From sequence record NC_000866.4: 64,000 nucleotides of DNA, one strand, 5' to 3'. The translations under genes were made by a program, and so were the position numbers. This DNA comes from Escherichia phage T4. Shown piece after piece: positions 1-10,445 of this stretch. Under the pieces are notes generated by a model that ran no database searches, was not told where the DNA came from, and saw only the letters and a list, made by a program, of their open reading frames with translations. Position 1 is the first letter of the stretch, and every line of letters starts with the position of its first letter.

Positions 1-603
1 TTTTGCCCAAAGCAGAAGTTTATAATTTCCTGGTTGCATTTTCATATTTGCCATATTGATAATGAAATTAAATGTATTTTCACCATCATAATCACCAAGA
101 GTCAAAGAATATTTAACACGGGTCAGAGCAGAATCTTCTACTTTATTAAAACCGTTAATTACGATTTTACCTTCTTTTACCGTGATAGCAATTGTATCAA
201 TTTGCAGACCACGAGATACACGCAACAGCTGTTGAAGGTCTTCAGCTTTAATTTCAGTAACAGCAGATGCTACCGGGAATGGAATTGGTTTATTAGGAGC
301 AACTACTGTACTCGGATCGGCTGCTGGCCAAAAAATTGTTGAGCGGGCATCAGCAATTTTAATATTTCCATCTTCTGACTGGGAAATTTCTGCATCATCA
401 TTAACTAAAGACAGAATACCGAGAAAACCGTTCAAATCGTAAATTGCTACATCAAAATCAATAACGTCAGAAATATTTGCTTCCGCATAAGTTGTACCAT
501 TAACTGCGCGAGTCATAATAAATTGACCGGATTTAAGCATAATACCAGAGTTAATAGTAGCGAAATTTTTAAGCAGAGCAGTAGTATCTTTAGACAGTTT
601 CAT
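1..603 (-). CDS. 45: gp45 sliding clamp, partial (C-terminus beyond window start)
   Basis: Reverse translation from ATG at 601-603 reads MKLSKDTTALLKNFATINSGIMLKSGQFIM..., matching T4 gp45 from memory; runs off the window edge so absent from ORF track. Confidence 0.85.
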   Translation of the reverse strand, partial: MKLSKDTTALLKNFATINSGIMLKSGQFIMTRAVNGTTYAEANISDVIDFDVAIYDLNGFLGILSLVNDDAEISQSEDGNIKIADARSTIFWPAADPSTVVAPNKPIPFPVASAVTEIKAEDLQQLLRVSRGLQIDTIAITVKEGKIVINGFNKVEDSALTRVKYSLTLGDYDGENTFNFIINMANMKMQPGNYKLLLWAK

Positions 604-658
604 GTAATTTCCTTCAATTCAAATGAGATTTAATTTTATAACTAATTTAATAAAGCAA

Positions 659-1048
659 TTAACGATTAAAATCAGCCGCAATTGTTTCCGCAACAATTTG
701 AGCAGCAACAATTAGACGTTCATCTGCATTACCGCAATAATCATCTTCAAGGCGTTCACCACATGAAGTCATAATAAATTTAGCACCGGCGTTTAGGGAT
801 TCTGTAGTATGTTTGCGCATTAGTTCAATCCATTTATTACTTACTTCACGATCGATAGCTTCATAATACGCATGACGAGCAGGTGCAGATTTAATTTTGT
901 TCTGAATAACTTCCATTGCGTTATCAGAAAGAGACAAAACCCATGCTCGACGAATTTTATTTTGGTTTTGTGGATTTGATTCAGAACGCACGTGTTTTGG
1001 CTGAATATCTTTTACATCAACAGTATAATTCACAGTAATTTTAGTCAT
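659..1048 (-). CDS. rpbA: RNA polymerase binding protein RpbA
   Basis: 129 aa [17 protein letters not shown]...; size and position between 45 and 46 as in T4. Confidence 0.75.
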
Positions 1049-1057
1049 AATACACCT

Positions 1058-1246
1058 TTAGTCATAATAATCAGTAACAGTCCAAGCTTCATTTCTATTG
1101 GACATTATTTTTGTATATTCTGCTTTAAATGCATTCCTAAGCATAGATTCAGTAACTATATGCTCTTCATTAGAAAAATTATTTCTCAGAATATATCGTT
1201 TTATTTCAGGAATAGTTAATAGATGCTGTCCAGTTGAATATTCCAT
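1058..1246 (-). CDS. hypothetical protein (45.2-like)
   Basis: 62 aa ORF tiling minus strand upstream of rpbA. Confidence 0.5.
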   Translation of the reverse strand: MEYSTGQHLLTIPEIKRYILRNNFSNEEHIVTESMLRNAFKAEYTKIMSNRNEAWTVTDYYD

Positions 1247-1301
1247 GTTTTTCCTCCATAGAGATTATACTCTAATAAATTAAAGCATAATCTCTTATAA
1301 A

Positions 1302-2984
1302 TTAAACCATTACAGTAAATCGACCAACTTTCTTCATTTGAAGATGCTGACCATATTCTTGCGGGTCATGGTCTTTATGCGAAATTATAAAAACGTTAGT
1401 GTTTTTCATTGAATTTATAATATTAGCTACACCTTTAATACCTTCGGCATCAAATGACCCATCAAACACTTCATCAAGAATTAATGTACTAATACTAACA
1501 CCAGATACGATAGAAGCAATATCACGCCAAGTAAATAAAAGAGCAATATCGATTCGTGCCTTTTCACCTTCACTAAATGAAGCATAACTAAAATCTTCAC
1601 GACCACGGGATTTAATTGTCTCATTAAATTCTTCATCTAATGTAAACACATAATCCGCTTCCATTATTTTAAGATAATGGTTAATCTGCTTATTAAATAA
1701 TGGAATGTACTTTTTAATAATAGCACCTTTAATACCAGAATCTTTGAGCATATCAGTCAAAATTCCTCGGTGGTATTTTTCCATTACTAAATTAGTTTTT
1801 GTCTTAACAATTTTATCAAGTTCTTCTTGAAGCAGTGCTATTTCATCAGCATGGTCAATAAACTCAGAAGATGCTTTTTCTATAGCCGCTTTAACTTTTT
1901 TAGCTTTATCTACTGCTGCGATCAGAGATTGCTTTTTATTGCGAATATCATTTGCCAACGACTGCTGGGTTTTAATATTATCTCGGTATTCATCAACAAG
2001 AACTTTTAAATTATCACGATGTGTTGAAAGCTGTTCAAACGAATGTGTGCATTCAGAAACTTTATCTTTAATTTTAGAAACAACTTTATCACCGGAACTC
2101 AATTGTGACAAACAGGTTGGACATAATCCACCTTCGTGATACATATTAATGACTTTATTATACGAGTCAATTTTTGATTTAATTAAAAATGCTTCTTGAC
2201 CGATTTTATTAAATGCATCAGTCGGGTCTTCGTCCAAAACAATATTAACTAATCTTTCGTTAGCTTCTTCTATTTCCGATTTTAGCGTTCTAGCTTCTTT
2301 TGCCAAATCATCATACATATTTTGTAGACGAGTAAGGTTGTCACCCGTTAATTTTTTCTGGCGTTCAACATTATCATTATATATTTTAATTTGTTGGATA
2401 ATACTATCTTTTTTAACATCAAGCACTTGGTTCTGCGAATTTAATTCACGTATTAGTGCTTTATTAAGCTTATCCATTTCAGCTAATGTTCCTACCTCAA
2501 GCAGGTCTTCCACAAGCTTTCTTCGCGCAGGGGTCGACAAACCCATGAAAGGGGTATACCCTGCTGTACCAAGGACAACAATCTGCTTGAAACTGGCATA
2601 TGACATTCCGATAAGCTGTTCAAATTCTGCTTGGAAATCTTTACTGCTGGCAGATTCATTAAGACGTGTACCGTTAACGGTGATTTCGAAAACGTTTGGT
2701 TTTTGTCCTCTTTTGATATAGTACTTTTTCTCATCATATTCCATCCACAGTTCAACTAAAAGTTCTTTCTTATTTGTGCTGTTTATTAATTGACCTTTCT
2801 TTACATCGCGAAATGGCTTACCAAAAAGCCCAAATGTGATGGCTTCTAGCATAGTAGACTTACCACCGCCATTTCGTCCAGTAATAAGAGTTTTTTGAAC
2901 CTTATCTAATTGAATGTCAATCCCATTTTGACCAACTGACATTATATTTTTATATTTTACTCTATTAAGTTTAAAATTCTTCAC
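1302..2984 (-). CDS. 46: gp46 recombination nuclease subunit (Rad50/SbcC-like ATPase)
   Basis: 560 aa; Walker A GRNGGGKST; long coiled-coil; zinc hook CPTC; T4 gp46 length. Confidence 0.95.
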   Translation of the reverse strand: MKNFKLNRVKYKNIMSVGQNGIDIQLDKVQKTLITGRNGGGKSTMLEAITFGLFGKPFRDVKKGQLINSTNKKELLVELWMEYDEKKYYIKRGQKPNVFEITVNGTRLNESASSKDFQAEFEQLIGMSYASFKQIVVLGTAGYTPFMGLSTPARRKLVEDLLEVGTLAEMDKLNKALIRELNSQNQVLDVKKDSIIQQIKIYNDNVERQKKLTGDNLTRLQNMYDDLAKEARTLKSEIEEANERLVNIVLDEDPTDAFNKIGQEAFLIKSKIDSYNKVINMYHEGGLCPTCLSQLSSGDKVVSKIKDKVSECTHSFEQLSTHRDNLKVLVDEYRDNIKTQQSLANDIRNKKQSLIAAVDKAKKVKAAIEKASSEFIDHADEIALLQEELDKIVKTKTNLVMEKYHRGILTDMLKDSGIKGAIIKKYIPLFNKQINHYLKIMEADYVFTLDEEFNETIKSRGREDFSYASFSEGEKARIDIALLFTWRDIASIVSGVSISTLILDEVFDGSFDAEGIKGVANIINSMKNTNVFIISHKDHDPQEYGQHLQMKKVGRFTVMV

Positions 2985-3196
2985 AAAAGATTCCTTTTAA
3001 TGTATCTTTTAGACCATTCTATCATATCATCATAATCTAAAAAGTATTCATCAAATTCAGCCATGCAAACAACGCCTTGTGCTGTTTTTGATGTGATATA
3101 AATTATTCCAACATATCTAGAATCTTCTTCGGTATAATCAATATTTGCTATGAATTCATCATTAATGTCAAATGTCGAAAACTTCACAGTATGCAT
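2981..3196 (-). CDS. hypothetical protein (46.1-like)
   Basis: ORF track 2981..3244; start trimmed to ATG at 3194-3196 to limit overlap with next gene. Confidence 0.45.
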   Translation of the reverse strand: MHTVKFSTFDINDEFIANIDYTEEDSRYVGIIYITSKTAQGVVCMAEFDEYFLDYDDMIEWSKRYIKRNLL

Positions 3197-3431
3197 CCTT
3201 AATACAAGATACAGCCATATCTCGTAATGATTTAGGTGTGTCATTATCTAAAATGTTGAAGTTAAAAGATACAGCCCAGTCAGTGCAGACAGTAACCTTT
3301 TTAATACAATTATCTTCAACCTCTAACGGTTCAAACCAGTATTCAATAATTTCTTTATGACCAATATCATCTTTTACTTCACATTTAAAATGCTGACTCA
3401 TCATAACATTTTTAAATTCATCAAAAGTCAT
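3168..3431 (-). CDS. hypothetical protein (46.2-like)
   Basis: 87 aa ORF between 46 and 47. Confidence 0.5.
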   Translation of the reverse strand: MTFDEFKNVMMSQHFKCEVKDDIGHKEIIEYWFEPLEVEDNCIKKVTVCTDWAVSFNFNILDNDTPKSLRDMAVSCIKDAYCEVFDI

Positions 3432-4447
3432 TGTGTTGCCTCTACATATAGCTGATTTGCATATTGAATAAGTGCTTCACGGTCAGAATCAGTGATGTCT
3501 GGAATTGCATTAATATACTCTTCCATTAATGTCTGAAGCGATTGAACTTCAACTTCTTCACTGTCATCTGACTCGACAGAGTTATCAATCTTTGACACAA
3601 CTCGTAATGAATGCACAACTTTTTCTAGTTCAGATTCGAACTTCGTCAGATTTTTGTCTACTTCAGTTACTATAACACGTACTGATAGATTTGTAAAATC
3701 TTTATAGTCAATTTTTCCTTTAAATGGATAATGAATTCTACGATGCCAGGTAGTATTGTTTGGAATAAATTCCGTTCGTTCTGTTTCTGTATCAAACATC
3801 CAGAACCCACGAGGGTCATTCTCGTCACCTGCGGTTAGTGTCCATGGTGTCCCAATATATCTGACGTTTGCAGCCTCAGAAATAGTATGGAAGTGACCAG
3901 ACCACACTTCTTTATAAGTCTTAAGGAAATCGGGTTCAAGACCATGAGATTTCATTCCTTTATAAAAATAAAATCCATTCAGTTCCCAGTGACCAACACA
4001 AAAAGAAGCAGATGAAGTTTTGATATGCTCAAGAATTTCACCAGTATTTTCTTCGCACATCCAAGGAATCAAATCAATCAAACACCCGTCAAAATCTACT
4101 GTAGTAGGCTTATCATACACTTTAACATTAGGATATTTAGCCAAAAGCTCAGTAGAAGCATTTGGATGCATTACATTTTTATAGTGGAGATCGTGATTTC
4201 CTACAATAGTGTGTAATGTAATTCCAGCATCATCAAGCGTTTGAACTATTTCACGGGCAAACTCCATAGTTTTATGTGTGATCGCTTTTCGCACATCAAA
4301 AATATCACCGTATTGAATCCAGGTAGTAATTCCATTTTTCTTAGAATATTCTATCGCTTGCTTAATTCCATCAATTTGAATACCGCGAATCCACTCATCA
4401 TCAGCTTTAACGCCTAAATGCCAATCACCTAAATTTAAAATTTTCAT
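3428..4447 (-). CDS. 47: gp47 recombination nuclease subunit (Mre11/SbcD-like phosphoesterase)
   Basis: 339 aa; calcineurin-like motifs GDWHLG, GNHD, GHFH; adjacent to 46. Confidence 0.95.
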   Translation of the reverse strand: MKILNLGDWHLGVKADDEWIRGIQIDGIKQAIEYSKKNGITTWIQYGDIFDVRKAITHKTMEFAREIVQTLDDAGITLHTIVGNHDLHYKNVMHPNASTELLAKYPNVKVYDKPTTVDFDGCLIDLIPWMCEENTGEILEHIKTSSASFCVGHWELNGFYFYKGMKSHGLEPDFLKTYKEVWSGHFHTISEAANVRYIGTPWTLTAGDENDPRGFWMFDTETERTEFIPNNTTWHRRIHYPFKGKIDYKDFTNLSVRVIVTEVDKNLTKFESELEKVVHSLRVVSKIDNSVESDDSEEVEVQSLQTLMEEYINAIPDITDSDREALIQYANQLYVEATQ

Positions 4448-4603
4448 ATATCAAGAACCGTCATTGAAATGCAAAATAAAATTATTGAAATAAATCCATC
4501 TGGAGTGCTAAAGAACCCAATCCAACATGCTCTAGTGAATAGATAAAATGCAAGAAAAAGTATCACATATCCAAGAAATATCATTATATCAAACTCCGTA
4601 TAA

Positions 4604-4623
4604 AGCTAAAGGGCCGAAGCCCT
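4604..4623 (-). terminator. UUCG-loop hairpin after a-gt (possible terminator or RNA-stability element)
   Basis: Minus-strand agggcttcggccct directly after a-gt stop; weak U-tract. Confidence 0.4.
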
Positions 4624-5826
4624 TTATTTTGTAATAATGTCAAACTGTTCTTTAAAGCAGAAGCTTGAATCTTGATGCTGATACAAAAATTCATATGCTT
4701 TTTCTCGCTCACGGTCATAAAGAGCTCGGTCAGATGACAGTTCTTTAATACGTTCAAATGTTGATTCCATATCATTTTCATCAAACCAAATGATACCGCT
4801 ATCATGCGAGGTCAAAGGAGTATTATCAACACGGAATTTTAAATTTTCGCCAGTAGATTTCCAAAATACCGGAATTGTTCCACATGCACCAAGCTCGAGA
4901 TGAGTATATTCGAGTGAGCGTTGTAAGTATTTCTGGTTAAGTTTACTCAACTGATATCCAAAGCCAGATTTACTCATTCGTTCAAGCATTTCACTATTAA
5001 TATAACAATCTAGGATTTGTGCCGGTTGATTCGGCGCGAGATTCATTTTATCAATCTCACGATTACCGTAATATTCATACGGAATACCTTTTTCCTTAAT
5101 TGCAATAAAAGCAGGGGAACGTTCCAGACCTTCCATTACAGTGGATTTACCAGCAGGTTTTAAGAATTTTTCATGAAAATCAAACATCTGGTAAAAACCT
5201 TTCCATGTAGTCGTACGACCAATCCAACGGTTGATATTCATGTTAATTTCAGAAACATCTTTCCAATAAGTTGACCGAACCTTCACAATATCCATAGGAG
5301 GCTGAAAATTATATACTGTCGGTGCTTCTTCAATATCATCAAACAGAGAAACAGTTTCTGGATACCATTCTTTCATCAGAACTTTATTAAAATCACCATT
5401 ATCAGAATGGCTAAAAATAACATCAGCTCGACGAACAGTTTCTTCTAATCCCAAATTTCGACGCAAAGAAAGAACAGAATGATCATGCTGATAAACTACA
5501 ACACGAATAGAAGGTTTAATATTATCTAAAAGTTTTTTATAGTTATTAATCGTAGCTTCTTGAACGGAAGTAGCAGGAACAGAATTAATAATTAGAATAT
5601 CACAATCATTTACTAGCTTAAGTGCTTTATCGTATTCTTTAGCTAAAATAACTGGAATTGAAAATGATTTGTGGTCATGAGAACTTGTACGAGTAAATGA
5701 TTTATCTTTAGCATAAACCAAAGTTACTTCATGACCATTTTTAATAAACCAATCACGTTGCTCGAGTGAGAATTTTGTTACACCACAACCTTCAAGACCT
5801 CGAGCCATAAAAATGCAAATACGCAT
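4624..5826 (-). CDS. a-gt: DNA alpha-glucosyltransferase
   Basis: 400 aa ORF MRICIFMARGLEGCGVTKF...; T4 a-gt length and position after gene 47. Confidence 0.9.
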   Translation of the reverse strand: MRICIFMARGLEGCGVTKFSLEQRDWFIKNGHEVTLVYAKDKSFTRTSSHDHKSFSIPVILAKEYDKALKLVNDCDILIINSVPATSVQEATINNYKKLLDNIKPSIRVVVYQHDHSVLSLRRNLGLEETVRRADVIFSHSDNGDFNKVLMKEWYPETVSLFDDIEEAPTVYNFQPPMDIVKVRSTYWKDVSEINMNINRWIGRTTTWKGFYQMFDFHEKFLKPAGKSTVMEGLERSPAFIAIKEKGIPYEYYGNREIDKMNLAPNQPAQILDCYINSEMLERMSKSGFGYQLSKLNQKYLQRSLEYTHLELGACGTIPVFWKSTGENLKFRVDNTPLTSHDSGIIWFDENDMESTFERIKELSSDRALYDREREKAYEFLYQHQDSSFCFKEQFDIITK

Positions 5827-5884
5827 AGTTTTCCTCTTTTCATTTAATAAATCATGTAAATAATATTTTATTTTCTATAAAACG

Positions 5885-6679
5885 CTACGAATAGGCCCAA
5901 ACATATCCATAAGCAATTTTGCTTTTTCCAGATATGCACTTTTTAATATTAGACATGCATCCTTTAACGGATACAGCTGCGTCTTTAATTCTAGGAAATA
6001 CTCGTAATAATTTTCCAGTAGTATCATATTGAAATACTGGCACATTTCTTTTCTGAGTTATCCCACGTTTAGATTTAGACATTTTTTGTTTAGTTGCATT
6101 AGACATCCTAGAGGGCTTTCCTATGTTATCAGAATAATAATATTTCCATTGAAATCCTCCAGCGGTTTTCCTTTTACCATCTACACATTGTTTAATTGAA
6201 GTTGAACAGCTATATGACATATCTTCTGCAGCATCTGTAATACATCTATATTTGCGAATAAAATTTCCATTTAAATCATATTGATAAATTGGTTTTCCAG
6301 CATTTCGTCTAGCGTTAGACATGTATTTTTTATTATCATCATCTTTCCAGAACTCTTTCATGCTTTCCGATATTGAAGAAGATACAGCTGTTTTAATCCA
6401 TCCATACATTTTATTATTTAGTCTTGTTCCGTCAGAACTATAACACATCATACGAATAGCTAAAGCCAATTTAGGAAGTCTATAAATTTTAAATAATAAT
6501 AAATGCGCGGTAAAATGTTCTTCTGGTGTCAAAAGAACTAAATTAGTTTTATCATCTGTACCACCCATACATCTAGGAATTATATGATGTGTTTCAGTAT
6601 AGTATGTCAAAAGACTTTTATCATTGCCTCTGTTTAGTCCTTTTTCGATCAGTAAATTATATATGTTTAAATAATTCAT
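5885..6679 (-). CDS. mobB: HNH homing endonuclease (MobB-like)
   Basis: 264 aa; HNH motif HHIIPRCMGGTDDKTNLVLLTPEEHFTAH; free-standing between a-gt and 55. Confidence 0.8.
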   Translation of the reverse strand: MNYLNIYNLLIEKGLNRGNDKSLLTYYTETHHIIPRCMGGTDDKTNLVLLTPEEHFTAHLLLFKIYRLPKLALAIRMMCYSSDGTRLNNKMYGWIKTAVSSSISESMKEFWKDDDNKKYMSNARRNAGKPIYQYDLNGNFIRKYRCITDAAEDMSYSCSTSIKQCVDGKRKTAGGFQWKYYYSDNIGKPSRMSNATKQKMSKSKRGITQKRNVPVFQYDTTGKLLRVFPRIKDAAVSVKGCMSNIKKCISGKSKIAYGYVWAYS

Positions 6680-6730
6680 TTTAGTTTATTTTACCAAAAA
6701 ATTTATAAAGCAATATAGGAGCCGAAGCTC

Positions 6731-6922
6731 CTATCCACATAATACGCCATACAGAGGCTCGTTAGAACTTTTAAATTTTATGCGCTTATATGTTATAGTT
6801 CCTTCTGCTTTAGCTTTATCATGAGCCTCTTTAAAGCGTCTCATCATTTCCTCTCTAGAGGAACGAATTTTATTATAATCTATTTCAGAAGTCGGATGTT
6901 CATCTTTCACAGTTGCCACCAT
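6731..6922 (-). CDS. hypothetical small protein
   Basis: 63 aa minus-strand ORF in 55-distal cluster. Confidence 0.45.
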   Translation of the reverse strand: MVATVKDEHPTSEIDYNKIRSSREEMMRRFKEAHDKAKAEGTITYKRIKFKSSNEPLYGVLCG

Positions 6923-7113
6923 TTTTTGACTTGATAAGAATCAACCCACACTTTCATATTAGGGTCTGCTCTTACAATAGGAGGATTAACTTCTTTGATT
7001 GAACTATCACGGTATTCTTTTTCAGAAATTTTCACGCAAAGATGACCATTCAAAGATTCAGTAAATCCTGCATTAATTTTAAGACGCTTGAATTTTACGT
7101 GTGTAAGCATCAA
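6907..7113 (-). CDS. hypothetical small protein
   Basis: 68 aa minus-strand ORF. Confidence 0.45.
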   Translation of the reverse strand: MMLTHVKFKRLKINAGFTESLNGHLCVKISEKEYRDSSIKEVNPPIVRADPNMKVWVDSYQVKKWWQL

Positions 7114-7396
7114 TCATATCCTCAATCTGCGATCTAGTAGTCTTCCAAAGAATACTGATGAGTTCATCGTTATATGGCTGTTTTAGAATATCCCGACTTT
7201 TCTTGATAGCATATTCGTATTGAGCAAAATTATTATTTTCAGCTGCGATCTGAGCGTGCTTATAAAGACGATTCAGTTCGCGTTTGTTTTTAGACAATAA
7301 CTTATTTGCTTTTCTTTCTGCTTCAAGACGGTTCTTTTCTTCAATAGAAGAAATAAGCTTTTCCACTTCATCATTAATTTCGGGTTTATCAGTCAT
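7079..7396 (-). CDS. hypothetical protein (coiled-coil)
   Basis: 105 aa minus-strand ORF, charged helical composition. Confidence 0.5.
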   Translation of the reverse strand: MTDKPEINDEVEKLISSIEEKNRLEAERKANKLLSKNKRELNRLYKHAQIAAENNNFAQYEYAIKKSRDILKQPYNDELISILWKTTRSQIEDMIDAYTRKIQAS

Positions 7397-7397
7397 A

Positions 7398-7616
7398 TTA
7401 TTTCTCTAATATAAAATAAAAATCATCATCTGTTAAATGATACCGATAGTTTAATTCTACACCATTAGATTTAAAAGCGGTATCATACGGATTTTCTGGA
7501 TCAATATCAATGTCAAGAGCTAAAACTTCCCTGAGATACATTTTAAGTAAATAGGGAATAGCTTCAACTTCAGGTATTTCTTCCAAGAATCCGGAGAGGT
7601 TAATCGTTAGCCTCAT
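7398..7616 (-). CDS. hypothetical small protein
   Basis: ORF track 7398..7643; start trimmed to ATG 7614-7616. Confidence 0.45.
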
Positions 7617-8157
7617 ATAAAAAATCCAAACTAGGAGAATCATCTACAACACTTTTCTTTTCAGCCCCCGGTGTTCTATAGGTTGATTCTTCGTAATGCG
7701 TCATTTTATCATAGATGTCTTGAATAAAAGTTTCATCTACTAACGCAACCATATCGTCGTCACGGCTGTCATAGACATTGTGAACGAAGTAACTATATTT
7801 CTTTGCAACTTCCTTACGTTCTTTTTTAATACGTTGGACGAATGCATTAAAACAAGCTTGAGTTATATACGCATGTGGGTTTTTATATTTCGTTTCATCA
7901 AAATTGTGAAGCCCCTTAATAGAAGCTTCTATACCATCTGCAATCATTTCTTGTTTCCAAGACTGGGTGTATCCTGAAAAGTTGAAACGTTTAGATAAGC
8001 CTTCTGCAATAAGCATAATGGCTAATCCGATAGTATCATTCTGACGAACTACTTTATTTGGGTCTTTATTATTTGCTAATTCTGTTTTCCAATCAATAAT
8101 AGCTTGTAAAAGCTCTTTATTGTTTACGTAATTATATTTAGGCTTAGTTTCTGACAT
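7600..8157 (-). CDS. 55: gp55 late-transcription sigma factor
   Basis: Start trimmed to [20 protein letters not shown]... (185 aa), matching T4 gp55. Confidence 0.9.
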
Positions 8158-8192
8158 TTTCACCTCTTAGCTCAATTCATAGATCTATTATA

Positions 8193-8456
8193 TCATAATA
8201 TTTGAAGACCTATCTTAAAGCATAGAGGATGAATCAATTTCAAGCACTTCATCAGATTAGCCGCTCCAAGAGCTGCATCTAGTGAATCAAATTGGTCAAC
8301 ATATTCAATTAATTCGCCGTAATTAGCGTATAACCACCATTGGCTAAATTCATACTCAAGGATGAATCCATTTCCTTCAATTTGAGTTAAACCAATGCCA
8401 TTTGTATTTACTTCATACCCAGCGAGACGTAAATCGTTAATAAGAGCTTCGTTCAT
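8193..8456 (-). CDS. hypothetical protein (55.1-like)
   Basis: 87 aa minus-strand ORF. Confidence 0.5.
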   Translation of the reverse strand: MNEALINDLRLAGYEVNTNGIGLTQIEGNGFILEYEFSQWWLYANYGELIEYVDQFDSLDAALGAANLMKCLKLIHPLCFKIGLQIL

Positions 8457-8458
8457 AA

Positions 8459-8785
8459 TTATACCTTAGTAATTTTCAGGTCTGCAAATTTTTTCTTGCG
8501 TTGATTTTTCATGCGACGAATAGTTTTATCGGAAATTTCATGCTTTTGATAAGCTTTAGATTCTACACCAAAAGCTTTAACATCAAATTCTGACAAGATA
8601 TATTGAACCAACAATTCACGGACAGTATTGCGTCCAATCTTCTGATCATTCTGTTTCATCGTTTGATGAAGCTCTTTTTCCCATTTATCCAAAATTTGAG
8701 GAGTTACAATATCGCCTTTTTCTAGCAAAGAAACTACTTTATCATATGCGTAAGAATTGATGGCGTTTTTAATTTGAATAGTCAT
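8459..8785 (-). CDS. hypothetical protein (55.2-like)
   Basis: 108 aa minus-strand ORF. Confidence 0.55.
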   Translation of the reverse strand: MTIQIKNAINSYAYDKVVSLLEKGDIVTPQILDKWEKELHQTMKQNDQKIGRNTVRELLVQYILSEFDVKAFGVESKAYQKHEISDKTIRRMKNQRKKKFADLKITKV

Positions 8786-8798
8786 ACATTATCCTCAA

Positions 8799-9038
8799 TT
8801 ACGTTAAAATTTTATTATCCAAAAAGGCCGAAGCCCTTAGGCTAAACTTTTTGGCACCCTTCCAGCCTTCGTACATCATTGCGACTGACAATGACAAAGC
8901 TCCTTCACATGCTGCATACTTATTATTCCAGAACCAATTTAGAAAAACTTCATCCTCAATACCGTTGTGTTTCATGTTCTGGAAAAATTTGGCGCGTTCT
9001 TCAGCAATTCGCTGCGATAATTTAGATTCAGGATTCAT
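8799..9038 (-). CDS. hypothetical protein
   Basis: 79 aa minus-strand ORF. Confidence 0.5.
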   Translation of the reverse strand: MNPESKLSQRIAEERAKFFQNMKHNGIEDEVFLNWFWNNKYAACEGALSLSVAMMYEGWKGAKKFSLRASAFLDNKILT

Positions 9039-9177
9039 TTAAATTTCCCAATTGCCATTTTCATCAATAAATTTAATCCAGTCATTTACTGACCACTTGG
9101 TCGTATCGCCTTTTGGAGTAACATTTAAAGTGTATAGCCCTTGCTTAAAAAGCATGCGTTTGATATTCATATTTTCC

Positions 9178-9471
9178 TCAGCTGTAACGATAACACTCGT
9201 TTGATTTACGTTTAGCAACTCGTTGAGAAGTATTATAATCAAAATCATCATCAATGTAAACTGATTTTTTCAACTTTCTTACTTCACCGCGTAATTGACG
9301 ATTTAACTCATCTTTAACTTCTGAATCAATACCTTTCATTCTACGCCATTTATCTGAGCGAAAAATGTTTTCAACCATATCTTTATGACTTACCCCATCA
9401 GGAGCTTTACGCTTTCCGAAATAGTCATAATCACGCACTTTTAAGTCTTTACGACGATACGTTTTACCCAT
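9178..9471 (-). CDS. hypothetical basic protein
   Basis: ORF track 9178..9516; start trimmed to MGKTYRRKDL at 9469-9471. Confidence 0.4.
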   Translation of the reverse strand: MGKTYRRKDLKVRDYDYFGKRKAPDGVSHKDMVENIFRSDKWRRMKGIDSEVKDELNRQLRGEVRKLKKSVYIDDDFDYNTSQRVAKRKSNECYRYS

Positions 9472-9646
9472 GGAGTTTAATTTCCTTAGCAACTGAACTA
9501 AATACAGCACGATCACAAATCATACGTTTATGTAACTTGAGTATAAGATAGTAAACATCAAAACCATTTACATAAGTAACACGAACAACATTACCATTCA
9601 CGAGATAATACTGTCCCTTTTTAATCTCTTTATCAACCACAACCAT
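9464..9646 (-). CDS. hypothetical small protein
   Basis: 60 aa ORF directly downstream of early promoter at 9677-9706. Confidence 0.4.
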   Translation of the reverse strand: MVVVDKEIKKGQYYLVNGNVVRVTYVNGFDVYYLILKLHKRMICDRAVFSSVAKEIKLHG

Positions 9647-9676
9647 ATCAATTCCTCAAAGGTAATTCATATGTTA

Positions 9677-9706
9677 ATAATACCACGGTTTGAACTTGTT
9701 GTAAAC
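9677..9706 (-). promoter_or_regulatory. T4-type early promoter
   Basis: Minus strand GTTTAC, 18 bp spacer, TATTAT; A/T-rich upstream tract. Confidence 0.6.
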
Positions 9707-9782
9707 AACTTTGTGAAAAATATTTTAGGGAATGATAAGAAAGGAACGATAGCTTAGAATGGTAATATACAGAATGTGAGAA

Positions 9783-9800
9783 AGAAAGGCCCAGAGGGCC
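9783..9800 (-). terminator. hairpin after nrdH (possible terminator)
   Basis: GC-rich inverted repeat ggccc..gggcc directly after nrdH stop, followed by T/C-rich run on minus strand. Confidence 0.45.
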
Positions 9801-9804
9801 CGTC

Positions 9805-10113
9805 TTAATCTTCTATGATATCTCTATCATATCCAAGTGAAATGAGAGTTTCTTTGAAGTGTTTAATGTTCTTTTGTCTAGAATCATTAATGAAAATGAC
9901 TGGATAACGAATGTTAAGAGATGTGAATCCAGCGCGTTTAGCAAGAGATACAATCAGCGGACGATCATACTCAATCTTACCATTATTTGTAAGAACTTTA
10001 TAGAAAGTAAAAGGAGCATTGAGCTCCTTTAGAAGTTTTGTAACTGATTGACATCCAGGACAACGACCTACTTCATCTGGAATTCCATAGACTTCAATCT
10101 TATTTTGTTTCAC
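9805..10113 (-). CDS. nrdH: glutaredoxin-like protein NrdH
   Basis: 102 aa; redox motif CPGC near N-terminus; position upstream of nrdG. Confidence 0.8.
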   Translation of the reverse strand: MKQNKIEVYGIPDEVGRCPGCQSVTKLLKELNAPFTFYKVLTNNGKIEYDRPLIVSLAKRAGFTSLNIRYPVIFINDSRQKNIKHFKETLISLGYDRDIIED

Positions 10114-10115
10114 AA

Positions 10116-10328
10116 CTATTCCTTACTAAGAGCAGCATTCAGCTTGTTAGTAATTTTATCCAGACGCTCATTGAATTCACTAGAAGATAAGCCCTTTTCT
10201 GGAGAAATCAAACTAATCACGAAAAATATAGCAATAAAAGGAATAAGGAAAATAGCTCCAACTGCCATAAACAGAAAGAATGTTACAGTTGTAAGAAAAT
10301 CAGCTAAACCTTTACGAAATTTATACAT
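10116..10328 (-). CDS. hypothetical small membrane protein
   Basis: 70 aa with hydrophobic segment TVTFFLFMAVGAIFLIPFIAIFFVISL. Confidence 0.5.
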   Translation of the reverse strand: MYKFRKGLADFLTTVTFFLFMAVGAIFLIPFIAIFFVISLISPEKGLSSSEFNERLDKITNKLNAALSKE

Positions 10329-10445
10329 TTACATTTACCTTTAATTGATTAACCAAGCATTGATAAGCACTAAACTATACTGCGAATAAAATTCTGGACC
10401 AAAATGAAAATCATATCATTTATAGTATCCATAATGTAATTCAAT

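Noticed and set aside
34-342. Plus-strand 102 aa ORF at the window start
   Set aside because: Antisense to the well-supported gp45 coding sequence on the minus strand; AT-rich antisense frames commonly stay open.
992-2721. Several plus-strand ORFs of 60-127 aa (992..1219, 1098..1283, 1399..1587, 1827..2009, 1939..2139, 2338..2721)
   Set aside because: All lie inside rpbA, 45.2 or gene 46 on the opposite strand and show no motifs; treated as antisense artefacts.
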